In this document: positions 48,462 through 57,982 of the stretch, piece by piece
How positions within the stretch are numbered: the stretch's first letter is position 1
Layout: each line of letters begins with the position of its first letter
Source: Clostridiales bacterium
GTDB taxonomy: Bacteria > Bacillota > Clostridia > Christensenellales > CAG-138
DNA length: 64,000 bases
Direction: 5' to 3'
NCBI GenBank assembly: GCA_024691085.1
Contig: JAILNX010000018.1
Coordinates: forward strand, 28,591-92,590
Made by a program: the position numbers and the translations under genes
The notes under the pieces: generated by a model
What the model saw: only the letters and a program-made list of their open reading frames with translations
Told to the model about the DNA's origin: nothing
Databases searched by the model: none

Positions 48462-49246
48462 GTCCGGATCTCCCCGTTCTGACGTTAGTCCTTATGGGCG
48501 CAGCGGCGCTCATATGCGTCGCGATACCCATCGTGCTTCTTATCGTATTCAAAAAGAAGGGCGCGGACGTACTGCCCTTCTTCATCGGCTGCGCCGTGTT
48601 CTTCCTGTTCGCCCTTCTGATCGAGGGACTGATCAATTTCGCCGTCAGCCGGTCGCCGCTCGGGGAGAAAATATCGGGGAATATGATCCTCTACGGCGTC
48701 TACGGCGGCCTCATGGCGGGCATATTCGAGGAGACGGGCAGGTTCCTGGCGTTCCGGACGGTGCTTAAAAGGCGGCTCGGCAACGACAAAAACGCCCTGA
48801 TGTACGGCGCCGGTCACGGCGGGTTCGAGGCGGTGATGCTCATAAGCGTAAACTACGTGACGTACGCGGCGCTAATCGTAATGAACAGTCTCGGCACGCT
48901 TTCGAAGATAGTCCCCGAGGAGGCTATGGAGCAGGTGCTCCCCGTTCTCGCGGCCTTCACCGATCTCACGAGCCCGTGGCTCATACTGCTCGCCGTCGTC
49001 GAGCGCGTACTCGCGATCACGGCGCACATCTCGTTCTCGGTCTTCGTCTGGTTCGGAGCCAAGAGCAAAAAGAGGCGGTACCTCTTCCCCGCCGCGATAC
49101 TCCTCCACGCGCTGTACGATTTTATTGCGGTGATCGCCGCGCAGCATTTCAGGCTTCCGGCGCTCGCGGTCGAGGGTATCGTGCTCCTTATAACTGTGCT
49201 CATAGCGCTCGGCGCGTACGGAGTTTATAAGAAATGTCACGAATAA
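48458..49246 (+). CDS. YhfC-family intramembrane metalloprotease
   Basis: 262 aa polytopic ORF with FEETGRF, GAGHGGFEA, AHISFS and LHALYDF motifs. The ATGA overlap with the MerR stop suggests translational coupling. Confidence 0.78.
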   Translation: MSPDLPVLTLVLMGAAALICVAIPIVLLIVFKKKGADVLPFFIGCAVFFLFALLIEGLINFAVSRSPLGEKISGNMILYGVYGGLMAGIFEETGRFLAFRTVLKRRLGNDKNALMYGAGHGGFEAVMLISVNYVTYAALIVMNSLGTLSKIVPEEAMEQVLPVLAAFTDLTSPWLILLAVVERVLAITAHISFSVFVWFGAKSKKRRYLFPAAILLHALYDFIAVIAAQHFRLPALAVEGIVLLITVLIALGAYGVYKKCHE

Positions 49247-49253
49247 AGCATAA

Positions 49254-49285
49254 TAAAAAAGGCGGAGTTTATCTCCGCCTTTTTT
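49254..49285. terminator. bidirectional terminator
   Basis: AAAAAAA, then GGCGGAG-tttat-CTCCGCC, then TTTTTT. Confidence 0.8.
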
Positions 49286-49604
49286 ATTTCAGCCGTTCGC
49301 TGAGTTCGCCGACTTCGGCAAGAAGATCGTACACCGCGTCCTCCGAGAGCACGCCGCGTTTAAGATCCTTTGGGATCAGCCCGGCCTCGTCGTCCTCGAA
49401 ATCCTTTCTCCACATGCCGCCTTTGTAATACGCGGCAAGCTCCGCTATCTCAGGCTTCAGCTTCTCATAGGCGTCGAGCGCGTCTTCGAGCCGTTTTACG
49501 GCTTTCGCGATCCTGTCGAGCCGCTTTTCGTTCCTTTTGATCCTTGCGATCTGCTCCTTATCAATCGCGCCGTCCTTCACGAGATACCTCCTTATAAAGA
49601 TCAA
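49284..49604 (-). CDS. DUF4298-like small protein
   Basis: 106 aa ORF, coiled-coil N-terminus, YYKGGMWRKDFEDDEAGLIPKDLKRGVLSEDAVY motif. Confidence 0.6.
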   Translation of the reverse strand: MIFIRRYLVKDGAIDKEQIARIKRNEKRLDRIAKAVKRLEDALDAYEKLKPEIAELAAYYKGGMWRKDFEDDEAGLIPKDLKRGVLSEDAVYDLLAEVGELSERLK

Positions 49605-49653
49605 CCGAGACCGTCAAAAGACGATCCCGGCTGAACTGTAATTGGTTTTCGGT

Positions 49654-50163
49654 TCACTCCGCCGCTCTGCCGCAGCACTTCTTGTACTTCTTGCCGCTTC
49701 CGCAGGGGCAGGGATCGTTCGGACCGACCTTCTTCTCGGCGACGAATATCTTGGAGCTCTTCCACTCCTTATAGATGTTCGTCCGGAGCTCCTCCGGCAG
49801 TACCTCGTCCCACTCGGGGAGCTCGTAGAGCCAGGGAGCCTTCGCCTCGTACATGTTGAAGAGGAGCTTCTCGTAGTCGATATCGAGTGTGATCTCGGTA
49901 TCGTGATCGACGTCCTCGAGCACGATCGGAGTCCTCAGGCTGGTATTGATGCCGTCGAGGAAGCCGATGAAATAGGTCTGATCCCATTCAAAGCCGTCCG
50001 CGAGGGTATCGAAGGAGCCGAAATAGGTCGTGTCGTGATCCTTGAGGAGCTGGACGTAAAGGTCCTTCTCCTTCTCGAAATAATCGTTCCAGAACTGTTC
50101 TCTTTCCTTGCCCGTGCGCGAGGGATCCTGCGCAAGGTCAAGCCATTCCTGATATAAGCTCAT
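49654..50163 (-). CDS. SEC-C motif protein
   Basis: 169 aa ORF ending [17 protein letters not shown]. Confidence 0.65.
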   Translation of the reverse strand: MSLYQEWLDLAQDPSRTGKEREQFWNDYFEKEKDLYVQLLKDHDTTYFGSFDTLADGFEWDQTYFIGFLDGINTSLRTPIVLEDVDHDTEITLDIDYEKLLFNMYEAKAPWLYELPEWDEVLPEELRTNIYKEWKSSKIFVAEKKVGPNDPCPCGSGKKYKKCCGRAAE

Positions 50164-50178
50164 TAATTCCCTCCGTGA

Positions 50179-51393
50179 TCACGCAAGGAGCTTCTCGAGG
50201 TTTTCCTTGATGCAGAGTATGAAGCCCTCGGTGGTCTCGATGTGCTTGTCCTCCATATCGGCGAGGAGCGCGAGGTCCTTCGTCATATGACCGGAGGCGA
50301 TGGTATCGAGAGAAGCCTTTTCGAGCATGTCGGCAAAGTGCATAAGCTCGGGAAGACCGTCGAGCTCGCCCCTCTTCCTCAATGCACCGGACCACGCGAA
50401 GATGGTCGCCATGGAGTTGGTCGAGGTGGTCTCGCCCTCAAGGTGCTTGTAGTAGTGCTTCGTTACGGTGCCGTGCGCTGCCTCGTATTCGTAATTGCCG
50501 TCGGGCGAAACGAGCACGGAGGTCATCATGGCGAGGGAACCGAACGCGGTGGCTACCATATCGCTCATAACGTCGCCGTCGTAGTTCTTGAGCGCCCAGA
50601 TGAAGCCGCCGTTCGAGCGGATGACGCGGGCTACAGCGTCGTCGATGAGGGTGTAGAAGTAGGTCAGTCTGAGCTCGTCGAACTTCGCCTTGTATTCGGT
50701 ATCGAATATCTTCTGGAAGATATCCTTGAAGGTGTGGTCGTACTTCTTCGAAATGGTATCCTTGGTGGAGAACCAGAGATCCTGCTTGGTGGCTATCGCG
50801 TAATTGAAGCAGGAACGGGCAAAGCTCTCGATGGAGTCGTCCTTGTTGTACATGCCCATGAGAACGCCGGGGGTCTTGAACTCGAACACGGTCTCGTCGC
50901 AGAGGACGTTGCCGTCCTTGTCGGTGAACTTGATCTCGGCCTTGCCGGGGCAGGGCACGCGGAACTCGGTGTCCTTATAGATGTCGCCGTAAGCATGACG
51001 GGCGATGGTGATGGGCTTCTTCCACGAACGCACGGAGGGCTTCAGGCAGTCCATCGTGATGGGAGCGCGGAAAACGGTGCCGTCCAATATGGCGCGGATG
51101 GTGCCGTTCGGGGACTTGTACATCCTCTTTAAGTTGTACTCGGTCATGCGCTGTGCGTTCGGTGTGATGGTCGCGCACTTGACGCCTACGCCGTACTTCT
51201 TGCAGGCGTTGGCAGCGTCGACGGTGATCTGATCGTCGGTCTCGTCCCTTTTGACAAGGCCGAGATCGTAATACTCGGTCTTAAGATCAACGAAGGGGAG
51301 AATGAGGTGCTCCTTGAGCATCGACCAGATGATACGGGTCATTTCGTCGCCGTCCATCTCAACAAGGGGGGTCTTCATTTGGATCTTTGCCAT
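50179..51393 (-). CDS. icd: NADP-dependent isocitrate dehydrogenase (eukaryote-like homodimeric type)
   Basis: 404 aa [27 protein letters not shown], typical IDH1/2-like sequence. Confidence 0.95.
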   Translation of the reverse strand: MAKIQMKTPLVEMDGDEMTRIIWSMLKEHLILPFVDLKTEYYDLGLVKRDETDDQITVDAANACKKYGVGVKCATITPNAQRMTEYNLKRMYKSPNGTIRAILDGTVFRAPITMDCLKPSVRSWKKPITIARHAYGDIYKDTEFRVPCPGKAEIKFTDKDGNVLCDETVFEFKTPGVLMGMYNKDDSIESFARSCFNYAIATKQDLWFSTKDTISKKYDHTFKDIFQKIFDTEYKAKFDELRLTYFYTLIDDAVARVIRSNGGFIWALKNYDGDVMSDMVATAFGSLAMMTSVLVSPDGNYEYEAAHGTVTKHYYKHLEGETTSTNSMATIFAWSGALRKRGELDGLPELMHFADMLEKASLDTIASGHMTKDLALLADMEDKHIETTEGFILCIKENLEKLLA

Positions 51394-51438
51394 AGTAATG
51401 AGTTCTCCTTATTTCAATTGATTGTTAAGTAAATTGGA

Positions 51439-51912
51439 TCATTCCTCTTTGGGAAGCTCGCTGGTGCAGTGGGGGCACCTGGTCGCGTCGTCGGCGATCT
51501 CCTGCTTGCAGTAGGGGCACACGCGGGCGGGCTTTGCGGGCGCTTCCTCTTCCTTCTTTTTGGTAAGCTCGATCGCCTTGTTGATCCCCTTGATGACGAG
51601 GAAGAGAACGATGGCGATGAGGATGAAGTTGACGATCGCGGCGATGAACGCGCCGTAGGTCATGACGGTCGCGCCGGCTTCGTTGGCAAGATCGAGCGTG
51701 GTGAGCGTCGCCTTGTCGACACCCTCGGGAACCTTGAGGATCCAGAACAGCTTGTCCAGATTCTTCGTGCCGAAGATGAGACCGATGACCGGCATGATGA
51801 TGTCGTTTACGAGGCTGGATACGATCGCGCCGAACGCTCCGCCGATGATAACGCCGACTGCAAGGTCGATGACGTTGCCCTTGAAAGCGAACTTTTTAAA
51901 CTCTTTCCACAT
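51439..51912 (-). CDS. mscL: large-conductance mechanosensitive channel MscL with C-terminal zinc-ribbon extension
   Basis: Start at ATG 51912 (GGAGGTG Shine-Dalgarno): [28 protein letters not shown].... The C-terminus is ...[28 protein letters not shown]. Confidence 0.88.
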   Translation of the reverse strand: MWKEFKKFAFKGNVIDLAVGVIIGGAFGAIVSSLVNDIIMPVIGLIFGTKNLDKLFWILKVPEGVDKATLTTLDLANEAGATVMTYGAFIAAIVNFILIAIVLFLVIKGINKAIELTKKKEEEAPAKPARVCPYCKQEIADDATRCPHCTSELPKEE

Positions 51913-51995
51913 AAAAATACACCTCCGTTTTTGGTTAATGCCATTATATACCAAATCGTCCTTCTTTTCAATAGCGAAGAATAATATAAACTATA

Positions 51996-52030
51996 CAAAA
52001 CGCGCCGTTCAGACGAGAGACAGAACGGCG
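51996..52030 (-). terminator. intrinsic terminator of the ger operon
   Basis: CGCCGTTC (52003-52010) pairs with GAACGGCG (52023-52030), with a T-run on the minus strand (plus-strand CAAAA, 51996-52000). Confidence 0.6.
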
Positions 52031-52161
52031 AGCGCGGCCGAGGCGAGCGCGAGAAGCCCCGCGAACACGGCGGATGATGCGCGTCCCGCCTTCGCCGAGT
52101 GGACGAGATATAGTAAGTCATATAAGAAGCAGAGCGCGAAGAACAGTATCACGGCGTCCAC
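52009..52161 (-). CDS. candidate 50-aa two-TM peptide directly downstream of, and in frame with, gerAC
   Basis: Hand translation: (V/M)DAVILFFALCFLYDLLYLVHSAKAGRASSAVFAGLLALASAALAVLSLV*. The GTG at 52161 lies 3 nt after the gerAC TAA stop. The operon terminator lies after this ORF, not after gerAC. No well-spaced Shine-Dalgarno. Below the ORF-track length cutoff. Confidence 0.35.
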   Translation of the reverse strand: MDAVILFFALCFLYDLLYLVHSAKAGRASSAVFAGLLALASAALAVLSLV

Positions 52162-52164
52162 CCC

Positions 52165-53373
52165 TTACTGCATGTTTTCGTTGAGATACTTGTCGGTATT
52201 CTCGATAGTCACCCTGAACTCCGGCAGGAAATCGCGGTAGCGCTCCTTCCAGGAAAAGGCGTCCCACTCCTCCGCCGAACGGAAGAGCTTCACCGCCCCG
52301 GTGCCGAAGCGCATGGCGTCGCTGTCCGCCGAGCGGCATTTAAGAAAAACTCTCAGCATGTCGTCGGCGATGATGCCGGCAAGCTCGCCCGTGAGCCATG
52401 CGTCGATCTCATCGTCCGGAACGGAGGCGTCCTTCTCGTGAACGGCGGCGGTAAGCATAATTGCCGCCTCGCCCGTGAGGTCTTCGTTCACCGAGATGCT
52501 CCGCTTCTTTAACGAAAGCAGTACCGAGACCGTCGAGTCCCCGTCCTTATACGGGAACGTGACGACGCCCGTGCGGAACGCGCCGGTGACCATATTGAGG
52601 AGCATGGTCTCGTACCTCGTAAGCACACCCGTCATCTTATACCCCGAGAATATCGCGGCGCCCGTGATAGAGGATTTGAGGCCTCCCGCGCGGTCGCCGA
52701 TTTTAACGTCCTCAAGCGGATTTTTGCCCTCGCTTTCGGACTTTTTCTGTTCCGTGTCGGTGACGATATCCCCGTCGTAAACGCCGTAGGCCGAGCAGTA
52801 ATCGAACCTTGCGTCCGAGCACGCCTCAAGTAGCCTCGAAACGCTCATGACAGTCACCATGCCGGTCTTCTTCTCGTCGAGCATCAGCGCGGACTGGAGC
52901 TTCGATATGTTCGCGTCGTTGTTCGCGTACATGCCCCCGATGAACTCCGACGCGTTCCCCTCCGACACGAGTATCACCGCAGAGGTGCGTATCTTCAAAG
53001 CGTCGAACGAGGTCGAAACGAGCTCCTCTATATCCCCCGCCTCTGCCGTTTCACGGCTGAAGATAAGGAAATTCGTCCTGCTGAAATTGAGCGAATACGG
53101 GACGTTCCCCTCCATTTCGTTTATCGCTTCGAATATGCTTTCTCCCTCGGACGAAAGCGCGATCGCGCCGCCCTCGTCCTTAACGTTCTGCTCCGAAAGC
53201 GGCCTCTGGAGCGCGAAGGTATAGTAGAACTTCTTCTCCTTCCCGCGGTCGACGCCGATCGATATTACGAAGCCGCACTCGTCGAGCGAGACGGGCTGAA
53301 GGCAGCCTGTAAGCGGCAGTACGAACGCGAAAGCGGCGACCGCAGCGATAAGGCGGATTATACTTTTCCTCAC
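52165..53373 (-). CDS. Ger(x)C-family spore germination lipoprotein
   Basis: Start placed at GTG 53373 (GGAG Shine-Dalgarno 8 nt upstream; 4 nt overlap with the upstream gene). Signal VRKSIIRLIAAVAAFAFVLPLTGC, then GerAC-like sequence. The tracked ORF extends artefactually upstream. Confidence 0.78.
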   Translation of the reverse strand: MRKSIIRLIAAVAAFAFVLPLTGCLQPVSLDECGFVISIGVDRGKEKKFYYTFALQRPLSEQNVKDEGGAIALSSEGESIFEAINEMEGNVPYSLNFSRTNFLIFSRETAEAGDIEELVSTSFDALKIRTSAVILVSEGNASEFIGGMYANNDANISKLQSALMLDEKKTGMVTVMSVSRLLEACSDARFDYCSAYGVYDGDIVTDTEQKKSESEGKNPLEDVKIGDRAGGLKSSITGAAIFSGYKMTGVLTRYETMLLNMVTGAFRTGVVTFPYKDGDSTVSVLLSLKKRSISVNEDLTGEAAIMLTAAVHEKDASVPDDEIDAWLTGELAGIIADDMLRVFLKCRSADSDAMRFGTGAVKLFRSAEEWDAFSWKERYRDFLPEFRVTIENTDKYLNENMQ

Positions 53374-54467
53374 AGTCTTGACTCCTTTTTCAATTTTATG
53401 CTCCCGACCGCTGCGGCGAGAAGGGGCGGGATAAGCGCGAAAAGGCTTCCGAACCTCGAAAAGAAGCTCCCGACGGCCTCCGCACGGGCGTAGTTTTCCG
53501 AGAACTCCGCCGTGACGAGGAAGAACACCGCCGCCGAAACCGTGAGCACCGCCGGGGTCACGTCGCGGGCTGAGAACGTCTTCGTCAGTAAATAAGACGC
53601 CGAATAGATGAGATACGCGCAGGAGATCACGCATCCTAACAGCCACACCATTATGAACAGCTTGTCGAGCCGAAGCGCGTAGCTTTGCCTCAAGCTTAAA
53701 AAATTGATCCTGTAAAGCGGCATAAGAAGCCCCGAAAGCACCCTGTGAGGGTAGATGAGCGCAAGCGCGAACTGCACAAGTCCGATCGCCGCGGCCGATA
53801 TGAACGCCGCCGCGGCCAAGGTCTTCCTTACGTTTTTTACGCCGCCGAGCCCTTCTTCGTTCACGAGGAGAGCGGCGAGCGGCGGAAGGAAGAACACGCT
53901 CCCGGAGAATGCCGTTTTAAAAAAATCCGCGTTTCCCGACGGGAGCGGGTAGAGCCTGTATGCGGCGAACTCCGGCGACGCCGAAAGCGCCGCTGCGGCG
54001 ACGGAAATGAGTATTAATCCCGAAAATATCAGCGCGAGCCTGCCGACGCTCTCAAAGCCCTTCCACGCGATGAATACCGTCACGGGCAGTATGTAGAGAA
54101 CGATCCTCATATAGGGCACTCCGTCGTAAACGAGCCTTGTGAGAACGAGCAGAAACTCCGTCATCGGCTTTGCCGCCGCCCATACGAAGCTGACGGAAAG
54201 GATGACCGCCGCGACAATGCCGCCGACTTTGCCGAAGGCATAGGTAAAGAGTCCGTTGAGTCCGACTCTTTTCCAGTTAAGGACGAGCATCGCGGGGATC
54301 AGCGCCGAGAGCGAAATAATCACCGCGAGCGGCAGGGAAAGGTACGTGGAGTTGCCGTTCGCGTACGCCGTTTTGGGATCGATCGAAAAAACGCCGCAGG
54401 TAAAGAGCGACAATGCCGCGAGCGCCGTCCCCGCAAAGAGGCCTATCCTGCCCTGTCTGAGCTTCAC
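53370..54467 (-). CDS. GerAB-type spore germination permease (APC-superfamily-like)
   Basis: 365 aa polytopic ORF lying between the A and C subunit genes, with 4-nt overlaps on both sides. Confidence 0.78.
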   Translation of the reverse strand: MKLRQGRIGLFAGTALAALSLFTCGVFSIDPKTAYANGNSTYLSLPLAVIISLSALIPAMLVLNWKRVGLNGLFTYAFGKVGGIVAAVILSVSFVWAAAKPMTEFLLVLTRLVYDGVPYMRIVLYILPVTVFIAWKGFESVGRLALIFSGLILISVAAAALSASPEFAAYRLYPLPSGNADFFKTAFSGSVFFLPPLAALLVNEEGLGGVKNVRKTLAAAAFISAAAIGLVQFALALIYPHRVLSGLLMPLYRINFLSLRQSYALRLDKLFIMVWLLGCVISCAYLIYSASYLLTKTFSARDVTPAVLTVSAAVFFLVTAEFSENYARAEAVGSFFSRFGSLFALIPPLLAAAVGSIKLKKESRL

Positions 54468-56047
54468 TCGCCGTCCTCCAATCTCCCGTCAAACGAGGTG
54501 TTCATCATATCTTCGGGACGCTCGTGCATGCCGATGTCGCCCCTTAAAACTATCGGGCGTTTCCTTGAGGTGCGCGGGGCAAAAGGCGCGAGAAACGGCA
54601 CGCCGAAGCTCTTTAATCCCGCAATATGGCACGCCGCTGCAAGCACCGCCGCCGCTATCCCGAGGAGCCCTCCGAGCCACGCCGCAATGACCACGGCGAT
54701 CCTTAAATACGACGCGGCGAGCTGCGTTGAATAGTCGGGTATGCAAAAGTTCCCGAGCCCCGACGCCGCGACGATTATCAGCACGACGGGGCTTGCGAGG
54801 TGCGCCGTGACCGCCGCCTGTCCCATTACGAGGCCGCCGATTATCCCGATCGCCTGGCCGATGTTCCCCGGCACCCTCTGCCCCGCCTCGCGTATCAGCT
54901 GGAATATGAACAAAAGGAGCAGCATCTCGACGCCTATCGGCTCGAAGACCATCATGCGCGACGCCATCACGGTCGAGAGCACCTCGGTCGAGAGTATGCC
55001 CTGGTGATAGAGCGCGAGCGAGAGAAAATAGCCCGGAAGAAGCACCGACGCCGCGGCGCCGAAGTACCTCACGAGCCTCAGCATCGTTCCGAGAGGCTTC
55101 CTCAGGTACACGTCCTCGGGGCTCGACATGAGCGAAAAGAACGTCACGGGCATGAGGAGCGCGAACGGGCTCCCCTCGACGAGCAGGCATACGCTCCCCT
55201 GCATGACGTGGGACGCGGCTCTGTCGGGTCTTTCGGTCGAAAGTATCTGCGGCAGCGGGGAGTTTTTGTCGTCCTCTATCATCTGTCCGAGCATACCGCT
55301 CGTGAGTATCCCTCCCGTTTTTATCCTGGCGAGCCTTCTTTTTACCTCGCCGATGAGCGCCTCGTTCGTGACGCCGTCGCGGTAGACGATCGCGAGACGC
55401 GTGTTCCCGCCGCCGCCCGTGAGCTCTGTTTCGACGACGAGATCCCTTTCGTGGATGAGGCGTCTTACGAGCGTGATATTCGTCCTCAGGCTCTCGGTGA
55501 AGCTCTCCTTCGCGCCCGTGACGACCTTCTCGTTCTCCGGCGCGTCAATGCCGCGCTTTTCATAACCGTGAGTTTCGAGTATCGCCGCCTCGCGTTCCCC
55601 GTCTAAAAACAGCGCCGTCATGCCGTCCATCACGGCGAGGAACACGTTCTTCACGGAGCTTTCGCGCCTTACCTCGCCGATCCTCACGGTCTTTTTTAGG
55701 AGCTCATCGAGCGAAATACTCGCTCCGTCAAAGGTCATGAGCGGGCGCAGTATGAAGTCGTTGACCTTCGTGTCGTCCGCCATGCCGTTCATATAAACGG
55801 CGAGCGCGCCGCGTCTTCCGCCCGCGAGGAAGCGCCTCAGGATAAGATCCTTGTTCTTATCCGTATTGAAGCTCTTCTCGAAAAGCTCATACGCCTCGCG
55901 AACGGAATTGGGAAAGGGCGGTTCCTCCTCGCTTTTCCCGTCCGCGTCCCGCCACGGGGCGAACGGATCGGGCGTTCCCGTCTCCCGCTCGTAAAGCTCG
56001 AACGCTTTTTTCTCCCTGTCGAAGCCCAATATATCCGTGATTTTCAT
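54464..56047 (-). CDS. GerAA-type spore germination protein (A subunit)
   Basis: 527 aa ORF, soluble N-terminus (...GAKESFTESLRTNITLVRRLI...) and a C-terminal multi-TM domain typical of the GerA family. Confidence 0.88.
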   Translation of the reverse strand: MKITDILGFDREKKAFELYERETGTPDPFAPWRDADGKSEEEPPFPNSVREAYELFEKSFNTDKNKDLILRRFLAGGRRGALAVYMNGMADDTKVNDFILRPLMTFDGASISLDELLKKTVRIGEVRRESSVKNVFLAVMDGMTALFLDGEREAAILETHGYEKRGIDAPENEKVVTGAKESFTESLRTNITLVRRLIHERDLVVETELTGGGGNTRLAIVYRDGVTNEALIGEVKRRLARIKTGGILTSGMLGQMIEDDKNSPLPQILSTERPDRAASHVMQGSVCLLVEGSPFALLMPVTFFSLMSSPEDVYLRKPLGTMLRLVRYFGAAASVLLPGYFLSLALYHQGILSTEVLSTVMASRMMVFEPIGVEMLLLLFIFQLIREAGQRVPGNIGQAIGIIGGLVMGQAAVTAHLASPVVLIIVAASGLGNFCIPDYSTQLAASYLRIAVVIAAWLGGLLGIAAAVLAAACHIAGLKSFGVPFLAPFAPRTSRKRPIVLRGDIGMHERPEDMMNTSFDGRLEDGE

Positions 56048-56235
56048 ATTTTTCGCTTTTCCAGACCGCCTTTTTCCGGTTATTCTTCCCCGAAACGCGG
56101 TAAAAAAAGCGCCGCGCGCAAAAAAATAAATATATTTAGTAAATATACTGTATTTGCGAGCGTTTTTACATTATAATTAAAGAAGTCAAATAATGCAGTT
56201 ACAATCCTGTAACAGATATAAGGAGGTAAAAGGTT

Positions 56236-57966
56236 TTGAAACAGCTTATGCTCGGCAATGAGGCCATTGCCAGAGGCGCGTGGGAAGCCGGCGTTCGCGT
56301 GTCCAGCGCATATCCCGGAACCCCCAGCACCGAGATCAACGAGAACATTGCCAACTACAAGGAGATCTATTCCGAGTGGGCCCCCAACGAGAAGGTCGCC
56401 GTCGAAGTCGCTCTGGGCGCAGCCGTCAGCGGCGCGCGCAGCATGGCCTGCATGAAGCACGTCGGTCTTAACGTTGCCGCCGATCCGTTCTTCACCGCCA
56501 CCTACACCGGCATCAACGCCGGCATGGTCGTGATCGTAGCGGACGATCCCGGAATGCATTCTTCCCAGAACGAGCAGGACACCAGGCTCCTCGCCCGCGC
56601 GTCCCACGCTCCCTGCCTCGATCCTTCGAACAGCCAGGAATGCAAGGATTTTATGAAGCTCGCCTATGAGATAAGCGAGAAGTACGACACCCCCGTCATC
56701 GTAAGGCTTACCACCCGTATCGCCCATGCCCGCACCCTCGTCGAGGTCGCTGACCGCGTCGAGCCCGAGCTTCGCGAGTATAAGAAGGACATCAGGAAAT
56801 ACGTCTCCATGCCCGCCAACATGATCGCCCGCCACAAGGTAGTCGAGGCGCGCGAGATAAGGCTCGCCGAGGACGCCAACAACATGCCCGCGCTGAACCG
56901 CATCGAGTGGGCGGACCGCAAGGTCGGCGTCATCACCTCCGGCGCCGCTTACAACTACGTCAAAGAGGCCATGCCCGAGGCTTCCGTTCTTAAGCTCGGA
57001 CTTGCCTATCCCCTTCCCAGGAAGCTCATCGAGGAGTTCGCGAAGGGCGTCGAGACCCTCTACGTCATCGAGGACATGGAGCCCTTCTATGAGGACGCCG
57101 TGAAGGCATGGGGCATCCCCTGCTCCGGCAAGGACAAGACCGGCGTTCAGGGCGAACTCTTCATGCACAAGATCGAGGAGAAGTTTAAGGGCGCAGAGCC
57201 CGCCGGCCCCATGAACACCACGGACATCCCCAACCGTCCTCCCGTGCTCTGCCCCGGCTGCCCGCACCGCGGACTTTACTACGTGCTCGGCAAGCTCAAG
57301 CTGACGGTATGTTCCGATATCGGCTGCTACACCCTCGGCGCTCTGCCTCCCCTCTCCGGCGTTGATACCTGCGTCTGCATGGGCGCGTCCATCGGCATGG
57401 CTCACGGTATGGAGAAGGCTCGCGGAACCGAACAGGCGAAGCGCACCGTCGCGGTCCTCGGCGACTCCACCTTCTGCCACAGCGGCATGACCGGCCTTCT
57501 GAACATGGCTTATAACCGTTCCGTCGGCACCGTCATCATCGCGGACAACTCCATCACCGGCATGACCGGTCACCAGAACAACCCGGCAAACGGCAAGGAC
57601 ATCCACGGCGATCCCACCACCGCGCTCGACATCGTCAAGCTCTGCGAGGCTATGGGAGTCGCGTCCGTCCGCATCGTCGATCCGTTCGACCTTAAGGAGA
57701 CCGAGAAGGTCATCAAGGAAGAGGTCGCCCGCGACGGTCTGTCCGTTGTCATCAGCCGCCGTCCCTGCGCGCTCATTATCAAGCAGACCAACAAGCCCGT
57801 CGTCAACGATCCCGAAAAGTGCGTCGGCTGCGGTATGTGCTTAAAGGTCGGCTGCCCCGCCATCATCAAGACCGAGAAGGGCGTAAGGATCGACCCGACT
57901 CAGTGCGTTGGCTGCGGTATGTGCGTACAGCTCTGCAAGCTCGGCGCTCTCAAGACCGCCGAATAA
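56236..57966 (+). CDS. iorA: indolepyruvate:ferredoxin oxidoreductase alpha subunit
   Basis: 576 aa ORF (TTG start 8 nt after AAGGAGG; alternative ATG at 56248), TPP-binding GDSTFCHSG, two C-terminal 4Fe-4S motifs (CVGCGMC). Confidence 0.9.
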   Translation: MKQLMLGNEAIARGAWEAGVRVSSAYPGTPSTEINENIANYKEIYSEWAPNEKVAVEVALGAAVSGARSMACMKHVGLNVAADPFFTATYTGINAGMVVIVADDPGMHSSQNEQDTRLLARASHAPCLDPSNSQECKDFMKLAYEISEKYDTPVIVRLTTRIAHARTLVEVADRVEPELREYKKDIRKYVSMPANMIARHKVVEAREIRLAEDANNMPALNRIEWADRKVGVITSGAAYNYVKEAMPEASVLKLGLAYPLPRKLIEEFAKGVETLYVIEDMEPFYEDAVKAWGIPCSGKDKTGVQGELFMHKIEEKFKGAEPAGPMNTTDIPNRPPVLCPGCPHRGLYYVLGKLKLTVCSDIGCYTLGALPPLSGVDTCVCMGASIGMAHGMEKARGTEQAKRTVAVLGDSTFCHSGMTGLLNMAYNRSVGTVIIADNSITGMTGHQNNPANGKDIHGDPTTALDIVKLCEAMGVASVRIVDPFDLKETEKVIKEEVARDGLSVVISRRPCALIIKQTNKPVVNDPEKCVGCGMCLKVGCPAIIKTEKGVRIDPTQCVGCGMCVQLCKLGALKTAE

Positions 57967-57982
57967 GAAAGGAGAGGTATTT

